Shown here piece by piece: positions 38,612 through 47,095 of a stretch of 64,000 nt of DNA. The notes under the pieces were generated by a model. It worked only from the letters and a program-made list of their open reading frames with translations. It made no database searches and had not been told where the DNA came from. Source of the stretch: Antedon mediterranea (taxonomy: Eukaryota > Animalia > Echinodermata). The stretch's first letter is position 1. Each line of letters opens with the position of its first letter. The stretch covers positions 30,253,648 to 30,317,647 of the forward strand of contig NC_092673.1 of NCBI RefSeq assembly GCF_964355755.1, given 5' to 3'. Both the position numbers and the translations under genes were made by a program.

Positions 38612-38931
38612 AGATATATTGTCCCTAATTTTTTTTCTTTCTTTCAATATTTTTGTTGGATGCAATTTTAATATCACGTAATAGTTATTCACTTTGACCA
38701 AGAACTGGATCGAAAAAAAAATGTATTTATCTGAAAAAATGTAATTTAAATAAAAAAATACTGTCAGACAATGGTTTTTGGTTAAAATTAACAGTTTCTT
38801 TTGTCTTTTTATAAATTAATTAATCATTTTTTTTACCGAAGTGAATAACTTTATTAAAACTGCAAAATGGTCTATTTAAAATCTGATTTTATTAATCTAC
38901 ATTTTTCATGTTTTTGGGGGACAATATATCT
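38612..38931. mobile_element. Kolobok-like non-autonomous element
   Basis: agatatattgtccc ... gggacaatatatct; same family as 4689-5016. Confidence 0.7.
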
Positions 38932-39060
38932 TTTAACTGTTTCCCATGAATATTCATCTCCATGGTAATATTATTAATATTTTATAAATCTTAGTTGAAA
39001 TAAAAAATATATAACTACTAGAGGGTGAGCTCACTTCGCTCGCTCCCCCTCTAGGAAATA

Positions 39061-40183
39061 CCCCTTTTACACTATCACTGTAACAGCGGTGTAACCCCGC
39101 AGTTGTTAGTACACCGGGTCGTTAAACGCCGGTGTTGTGGTTTTTATTGACTGGTGTAAATGGGAAAATCCAACCACCCCGGTGTGGTCTCCCCGGGGTG
39201 AAACGAAGCTGAATGTTTTCCGGTGTACCTTCTCCGGTGTAGTCGAATCTACACCGGGGACAAGAAGTGTAAACGGTTTTTGTGGTTCAACACCGAGCTG
39301 TTAAAGGTCATTGACGTGAAAATGTAACATTTTGTCACAGAAATACAATATATTATGCGAACAAAATAGGTTTTTTTGCTTAAAATACACCCTTTTTGCT
39401 TAAAATAATAATTGTACGATATATTGTGCTGTTCGTTATTTTATTATTTATCTATTTATATTTAAAGGCAAAAACAAATTTGTGATTTTTTTTTCTGCTG
39501 AAAATATTGAAATTTTTCGTGTGCATTCTACCTTACCAGAAAGCCTAAAATAATGTAATATTGGTGTAACTCTACCCTGGCCGATTCTATATGTAGGCCT
39601 AATTATTGAAAAAGGGAAAAATATATATAATACTGAAGTCTTTAGGAACTGAAAAAGTAGGCCTACCATATAATAATTTTCCTTCATTGATACATTGTTA
39701 TGCTAATTAACAAATATATTTTTTATTTTAAATACTTACCATACCTACCCTATTTTTACGACGCCAACCTAACAATTTAAGGCCTATTTGTACGTACAGT
39801 CTACAAGGCGGAAATGCAGTCATTTTAAAAATAAAAATAATTGTTAGGCCCTAATTTTTAAAGAATAAATGATAATCTTAATAGCCACAAAGAAAATATA
39901 ACACTGGACTACATTCAAAATTAAATAAATTGTGTGTAAATTCGGATTATTATGTTTTTATATGAGATTTATCGATATGTTCCAGTATTTTAACATAAAC
40001 CATTAGTCAGTTAAGTTCCACGTGTGCGCTTGCAATAGTGATTTGATTGACAGCACCGGGGTGATCGATGTAGTGTAAATGGGCGCAACTCGAGTTCATC
40101 TCGCAGTTTTTTTGGCTAGTGTAAATGGAAATTGCCTCCGAGTTTAACTCGTGTTCCTCTCTCAGTCGATAGTGTAAAAAGGG
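39061..40183. mobile_element. TA-flanked TIR element (superfamily unassigned)
   Basis: TIR cccttttacactatc / gatagtgtaaaaaggg, with repeated gtgtaaa and caccggg motifs near both ends. Confidence 0.7.
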
Positions 40184-40962
40184 TAGGAAAGGTAGACGAT
40201 GGTTCTTGGAATGATAATGACTCGGGTAAAACGGTTTTAGAAGGACGTTCTCCTTGTACGTTTTCTGTCGGTTACCATTATTATGCTTGACATTCGTAAA
40301 ACTAAAGCCTGTTTTCCTGTCGATTATTATTCAAAGTGACTTTTTATTGGGGACGTTTTGGGCGTTTATTCAATATTATTTAATTTAAGCATCTTTTGAA
40401 ACTAACTTCCGCGACAGAGTGGGCCGTTTCGACCCAAGAAGGAAGACGTTTTAGACGGCTTCCAACATGGGCATAGACGTATCCCGGTTCGAACGCGACA
40501 AAGATAGCCCACAGTTATTCCTGCCAGCTTACTCAATAAAACTCGGCTATCGGGATTTCACTCGATTTTAAACAAAAGGTCTTATCGTCAGATCTCCCTA
40601 TGTAATTTTATAATACTATTCCCCACAATATACTCCGATGCTTTATGGCGTATGTTTAATTTTATCTTTATTATTTTCAGTATAATTTTTATTTTGTACC
40701 TTTACACGCGCGGTCCGATTCGAAAGAAACAAAAAACTAAAATGGCTATATAGCCACTAACGGCCAACTTAGTTGAAACCAGGAAGTTGCAAGGTGAACT
40801 CATCGTGAACCCGGAATTACTTGGACCGCGTACAATTGAAATTGAATTGGAAATCTACCAATGAAATCAGAAATTTGGTGTTAAAATCCTTTACTTTATA
40901 ATATCTTCCTAAGATAGAAATATGGAACAATGTCGTAATAGTGGAACTAATGTTATCAAATC

Positions 40963-41258
40963 AGGTGAGTGAGTGGCCGAGCGGTTAAGACAGTGGAACC
41001 GTAATCACGTAGCCATAACATCGGCATGGTTCTGGTGGTAGAACGAGTCTTTTCGGATAAGGACTATAAACCGCAGGTCCAGTTTACACAACTTGCTCGT
41101 GTGCACTTTAAAGAACCTAGTACATCTTTCGAGACGAGTAGGGGGTTACCCCGGTGTATTAGTACATCACAGCCACTGATCACCAACTGGGCCCTCTGGG
41201 AGATCAGTCTTTGACTGAAGAGGTCACACGCGTATAAAGATAAAACAAACAAACAAAC
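40963..41258 (+). mobile_element. tRNA-derived Deu-domain SINE
   Basis: A-box gtggccgagcggttaag; central tcggataaggactataaaccgcaggtcc...cactttaaagaacc...gagtagggggttaccccggtgt resembles the Deu/Nin domain; (aaac)n tail. Confidence 0.75.
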
Positions 41259-41728
41259 GTTTCACGGTACATCTGAGATAGATAAGGTAGGTAACCAAGG
41301 CGGAGATATGTCCCGTAGTTTTTCCATTGTGCTCGATCGCCTATATCAGAATTATCCATAATTTATATAGATTATAGGAACATCTAGCATTGACAATTGA
41401 ATAAATTGGTTGTCAAGTAAAGTTGATCAATGGTTTATGATTATGGTAAGATAAAAAGTTTATCCAATGCCAAAAAAAAAAAAAATTATTTCAAAGCTGA
41501 CTCTAATGACATACATATTCAATTGATTAATTTACAAAGTGAATGACTTGACTAAATAATTTAGAGTATAAAGAAACTGAAATTGAAAATTATTTAATGA
41601 AACATTCCAACTGGACAAATTAAAATTTAAAAAAGAAAGTACTTAAGAAGTAGAAACTAAATAATTATTAGGTTGAGTTGCTACTTGTTTACCATTGCTT
41701 ATAAGTTATATCGCTCAGTTGAGTCATG

Positions 41729-43187
41729 TTAAACCAAGGTTCTTTCAATAATTACAACAGCTTCACAAGCGATTCCTTCTTTTTGCCCTATGAAACCCAA
41801 CTGTTCTGTGGATGTGGCTTTTACGTTAACGTTGCTGATGTCCGTTTCAAGATTCTCTGAAATAACTTTGCAGCATCAATATAAGGTGCCATTTTAGGGG
41901 CTTGCGCCATGATGGACATCAACGTTTCCAATGACATAGCCTTTTGTTTTGAATTTGCCATAGACATCACGTAATAAATCACCACTATCTGCACCTTTCC
42001 ATTGTTTGTCTGTATCTGGAAAATGTCGGCCTAGGTCACCGGCTGCTATCGCATCTAACAAGGCATCACACAGTGCATAGAGTACAACATCCCCATCAGA
42101 ATGAGCAATGATCCCAAAGATCAGTAAACATCTTGGTGTAAACATTGATGAAACGCTAAGCTGGAATATACTCGTGCGAAGGCTCTAAAAGGTTTAGGTA
42201 TGCTCAAACGATGTAGACACATTTTTCAAAATAATATATTATTAAGAAATATTGCAAATTTTATTATTATTTTGTTCTACTCTACTTTCTGCTATTATTA
42301 TATTATTTTGTAACTTTGTAGGTTTACTTGTAATTTGTGTTTTTCATATTTGTATTTTGATGGAATAATTTGTATTGTAATCCACCCTTTTCAGCTTTTG
42401 CTGCTGGTGTGGAAGTTGTTTTAAACCATAATAAATAGATAAATAAAAATTATCCCACATTTAACTTATTGTATTGTAATGTGGGGTAATTGTGGCTCGA
42501 GCTTTATAAAAAGAGTACAAACTGTACAAAATAGAACAGCCCGAATCATAGTTGGCCTATCTTAGGGCACACCAAGTAAAGATGCACTTGAGAGAGTAAT
42601 ATGGCTTACCCTCTCAATTAAAGATAAGTATGAATGTTGCATGTTAATTTATAAAGTTATGACGGGGCGTGTACCTATATATCTATCAAATCTGGTTAAA
42701 CAAAATAATTTCAAATATAACTTTAGACATAATGATACAAACCTCTAGGCCTTTATGTTCCGAAACCGCGCACTGAGTATAAAAAACGTATATTTCTTAT
42801 AGGGGGGTTATAACCTGGAATAAACATAATATTGATATCAACAAGATGCCACAATCTCTGAACGTATTAAAAAAAGAAATTGCAAACATATTTAAACAGG
42901 AAGCCTAATGCTGTATTATTTTATAAATTCTTTCTTTTAATGTTTTTCTATAAATATGTATACACTGTATTATTTGTATACATGCATTACCTATCACGAA
43001 CTTGTTGAAGAACACCTTTATTTTATGGTGAACGAGCTTTATATTTTGTACTATTGTAGGCCTGTTTTATAATTTCGTGAATAAATAAAGGTTCTGATTG
43101 TTCATAAGGAATGGGAACACCACCTAAAATAACTGGCCCTTCTCTGCCGACTCTATGCACATCAAAACCAAGACCAATACGAATCAT
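41729..43187 (-). pseudogene. ispF: Disrupted paralog of ispF
   Basis: The 5' part (43098-43187, [23 protein letters not shown]...) and the 3' part (41729-42115) are split by a LINE. It also has 2-bp and 4-bp frameshift deletions and a His-to-Tyr change at a Zn ligand (VLYAL). Confidence 0.93.
42116..43097 (+). mobile_element. 5'-truncated CR1-group (L2/Crack/Daphne-like) LINE, with a probable nested LINE 3' fragment at ~42260-42448
   Basis: Degenerate ORF2 C-terminal motifs occur in order: [74 protein letters not shown]...WN. An AT-rich 3'UTR ends in gaataaataaag. Confidence 0.88.
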
Positions 43188-43512
43188 TGTTTAACCTTAC
43201 CTCTCAATCTTTTATTTACTGGATAGTAGGCCTACAAGGAAGGTAGGGTTATTTACTTCTTTTAAATATCAAAGATAGTTTGTACTATGAGCTATTTTGT
43301 CATAAGAAGATACCTGGTATATTGGCCAACATCATACACTATCAACAACCTCGATTGGGTGCGGCAACATGGGATTCCCAGAGAATTTGGGAATCCCGAA
43401 AGAAAGAGGGGGTAATTCCAAAAAGTATGGAAGGCCTTCACTGCCTTCTGCAGCGCCTTTTTCTGTTCGGCCCTTTTATCAATTATGATTTTTCCAAGAA
43501 AAAAAAAAGTAC

Positions 43513-44735
43513 AAGCCGAATCTTTAATGACATACATTTATTTAATTTTATTAAGTTACAAAGTGAAGTGACTCCTCAGCCTAAATGTTAGAAAATAATT
43601 TACAGCTTGTAGTAAAAGATATTTCACATCTTTCAATTAACTTATGAGGATTGAAATTTCATAATTCAATACCAATAATCTTAAATATTAATTTCCATTA
43701 CTTTTAATTCACATAAACAACATATTTATGGTAAAATACTTATACAATATTGTTTGATTTTTGTACTACTGTATAATACTGTATATAAATAAACAAGCTA
43801 GATTGTCCACAACTGTTGGCCATATTATAATCAGCATACAGTATATAGTATCTCTTAAAACTCACACTACAAACGGATTGAAACGATGGGATTGGAAGAA
43901 CTGAACTAGCTAAACATTAAACAAACTTCACTATAAATAATTGACATACAATCATTAGTATGTTATAGTACAATATAACCAATAATCTTGATACTAGTAT
44001 TATGTATTTAGTACAGTAGGGTAACACTATGTTTTTTCAACAGGTATACAATTTGATATGTGAAAAACTAAAAAAAAAGAAAAGAAAATATACACTTTTT
44101 TCCCTCCAGAATAAACTTTAAAGGGAAAAATATTGCGAAACTCCTACATAATAGTGAAAACAGAAATAACACATTATATATGAACAATATCTTAAGTTGG
44201 ATAATTCATATTGAAGAAAATAAAAATAATCATGGTTTAAGTTTTCTTAAAATATAGTAAACAGATGAATTTGAAATAATTGTTGACTTCCTCAGGTAGC
44301 GCATAACAAAACTACCTAATTCAGTAACAAACATACAGTACAACACTCCTCCTTTCAGCTGATCTTAAAAAGATGTCCCCTTGATATGTCTATTGTACTT
44401 TAATTGTTCATTTTGACTAATTTTTCTTCTGAAATTGTGTAATTTACTATTTGACCACAATAGGGGACAATAGGCCTATTGCTTAGATGTGTTTAACAAA
44501 TAAATATACTTTTTCTTGTATATTACAACACAAATTTAATTATATATCAGATAGGTAGGCCTACAAACGTTTTCATATTCAATATTTGAATATTCTTTTC
44601 ATTCATTGCCCTACACATATACAACCACAGTATAACGAAACTGAAAATTATTTAATGAAAAATATTTAATGAAAATTTCCAATTGGACAAATTAAAATTT
44701 AAAAAAGAAAGTACTTAAGAAGTAGAAACTAAATA
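43513..44735. repeat. Copy of a ~1.2-kb host block X (other copies: 45877-47095 full, 41494-41663 internally deleted)
   Basis: Collinear near-identity with 45877-47095 from aagccga..taatgacatacatttatt to tagaaactaaata. Confidence 0.9.
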
Positions 44736-44764
44736 ATGCAGTAGCGCCAATAATTATTAGGTTG

Positions 44765-44816
44765 AGTTGCTACTTGTTTACCATTGCTTATAAGTTATAT
44801 CGCTCAGTTGAGCCAT
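44765..44816 (-). pseudogene. truD: Putative decayed N-terminal relic of bacterial truD
   Basis: Starts right after the ispF stop (TAA-C-ATG) and reads MAQLSDITYK[+1]NGKQVAT. This aligns without gaps to the remembered E. coli TruD start MIEFDNLTYLHGKPQGT. truD follows ispF in gammaproteobacterial operons. Confidence 0.55.
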
Positions 44817-44817
44817 G

Positions 44818-45300
44818 TTAAACCAAGGTTCTTTCGATAATTACAACAGCTTCACAAGCGATTCCTTCTTTTCGCCCTATGAAACCCAAATGTTCTGTGG
44901 ATGTGGCTTTTACGTTAACACTGCTGATGTCCGTTTCAAGATTCTCTGAAATAACTTTGCACATAGCATCAATATAAGGTGCCATTTTAGGAGCTTGCGC
45001 CATAATGGTGATATCAACGTTTCCAATGACATAACCTTTCATTTTGACTTTGCCATAGACATCACGTAATAAATCACCGCTATCTGCACCTTTCCATTGT
45101 TCGTCTGTATCTGGAAAATGTCGGCCTAGGTCACCGGCTGCTATCGCACCTAACAAGGCATCACACAGTGCATGGAGTACAACATCCCCATCAGAATGAG
45201 CAATGATCCCTTGTTCATAAGGAATAGGAACACCACCTAAAATAACTGGCCCTTCTCCACCGAATTTATGCACATCAAAACCATGACCAATACGAATCAT
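44818..45300 (-). CDS. ispF: 2-C-methyl-D-erythritol 2,4-cyclodiphosphate synthase (bacterial-type, Vibrionaceae-like), 160 aa, intronless; probable horizontal transfer
   Basis: [11 protein letters not shown]...[19 protein letters not shown]...[11 protein letters not shown]...AQAPKMAPY...[24 protein letters not shown]. The Zn ligands (D8/H10/H42, E. coli numbering), the HSDGD motif and E135 are intact. The ATG context is ACAATG. Confidence 0.96.
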   Translation of the reverse strand: MIRIGHGFDVHKFGGEGPVILGGVPIPYEQGIIAHSDGDVVLHALCDALLGAIAAGDLGRHFPDTDEQWKGADSGDLLRDVYGKVKMKGYVIGNVDITIMAQAPKMAPYIDAMCKVISENLETDISSVNVKATSTEHLGFIGRKEGIACEAVVIIERTLV

Positions 45301-45552
45301 TGTTAGTGTGTGTTTCCTTACCTTAATCAACCTATACCCAAAGAATGATATATTATTATATTCTTTGCTATACCTTATCTACAAGAGTAGGCCGCGCCTA
45401 CAAGGAAAAGGGAAGGTAGGTGTGTTGGCTTATTTACTTCTTTTAAATATCAAGCAAGGATAGTTTGACTATTTTGTCATAAAATACCTGTTATAGGCCA
45501 ACAAATCATACACTTATCAACAACTTAACCTCGTTTGGGTGCGGCAGCGATA

Positions 45553-45616
45553 GGGGATTCCCAGAGAATTGCTCGAATTCGGAAAATCATGAGAGAAAAA
45601 AAGAGGGGGTAATTCC
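45553..45616. promoter_or_regulatory. Clustered NF-kB-type sites upstream of ispF
   Basis: GGGGATTCCC (45553-45562) and GGGTAATTCC (45607-45616). The paralog has three such sites at 43370-43419. Confidence 0.55.
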
Positions 45617-45876
45617 AAAAAGTATGGAAGGCCTTCACTGCCTTCTACAGCGCCTTTTTCTGCTCGGCCCTTTTATTACGTACATTCTTGTCCGCAAAAT
45701 TGAAATGTCTGTTGTTGAAAATGTATTTTTTCGCCGAAATGGAATTCGATAAAACGTCTGAAATGACGTGTACAAAGTTCTATGATTGGATCTTTGGCAA
45801 AAATTATTGTTTTACCGTATTCAATTTATTGCAATTTTATAAAAAAAAATGTAAATTATGGTTTAAAAATAAGCAT

Positions 45877-47095
45877 AAGCCGACTCTCTAATGACATACA
45901 TTTATTCAATTTATTAAGTTACAAAGTGAATGACTTGACTAAATGTTAGAAAATAATTTACAGCTTGTTGTAGTAAAAGATATTTCACATCTTTCAATCA
46001 AATAATTTGAGGATTGAAATTTCATAATTCCATACCAATAATCTTAAATATTAATTTCCATTACTTTTAATTCACATAAACAACATATTTATGGTAAAAT
46101 ACTAATACAATATTGTTTGATTTTTGTACTACTGTATAATACTGTATATAAATAAACAAGCTAGATTGTCCACAACTTTTGGCCATATTATAATCAGCAT
46201 ACAGTATATAGTATCTCTTAAAACTATAAAAGGGCACCATTCACGCAGACTACAAACTGATTGAAACGATGGGATTGGAAGAACTGAACTAGCTAAACAT
46301 TCACTATAAATAATTGACAGTATGCATACAATCATTAGTATGTTATAGTACAATAAACCAACAATCTTGATACTACTAGTATTATGTATTTAGTACAATA
46401 GGGTAACACTCTGTATGTCTGTCTTTTCAACGGGTATACAAATTGATATGCGGAAAACTAAAAAGAATGTAAAAACCTTTTTTTTCTCTCCAGAATAACC
46501 TTTAAAGGGCAAAATAATGTGAAACTCACACATAAAGGTTAAAACAGAAATAATACATTATATATTAACAATATTGTAAGTTGGAGGAATCCACTACTGT
46601 AAAAGGTAAATAATAGGTTTTCTTCAAATAGAGTGAACAGATGAATTTTAAATAATTTATGACTTCTTCAGTTACCTACATTAGTAACAGAACATACAAC
46701 AGTAGAACACTCCTCCAAGAGGCAAACTTTGTTTTGTTCTAAAGACTAAAGATGTCATCTTGATAAGTTTTTCTACTGTAATTTGTTTTGACTAATTTTT
46801 CTTCTGAAATTGTGAAATTCACTATTTGACCACAATATTGCTTAGATGTATGACAAATAAATATTACATTCTTTCTTATATTAATACAATACAACTTTAA
46901 AAACTAACATTTTAAATTATATAAGACAAGTAGGTATGTTTTCATCTTCAATATTTGAATATTCTTTCATTCATTGCCCTACACATATACAACCACAGTA
47001 TAAAGAACATTAAATTGGAAATTATTTAATGAAAATGTCCAACTGGACAAACTAAAGTTTAGATAAGAAAGTTGATGAGAAACTAGAAACTAAAT
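45877..47095. repeat. Block X, probable source copy (likely the distal EEIG1 3'UTR, minus-strand AATAAA at 45901-45906)
   Basis: Similar to 43513-44735 and continues into unique sequence toward EEIG1. Confidence 0.75.

Noticed and set aside
44818-45300. ispF as bacterial contamination or a chimeric contig
   Set aside because: No intact bacterial neighbours are present. The flanks are duplicated host sequence, and the paralog is interrupted by a metazoan LINE. Read-level confirmation is still needed.
45301-45325. Shine-Dalgarno or ispD C-terminal relic upstream of ispF (taaggtaaggaaa)
   Set aside because: Too short, the spacing is long, it is only partly shared with the paralog, and no recognisable IspD residues are present.
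45301-45330. 10-aa N-terminal extension of IspF in the ORF track
   Set aside because: It starts at TTG. The ATG at 45300 matches the family start (MIRIG) and has A at -3. The extension is not conserved in the paralog.
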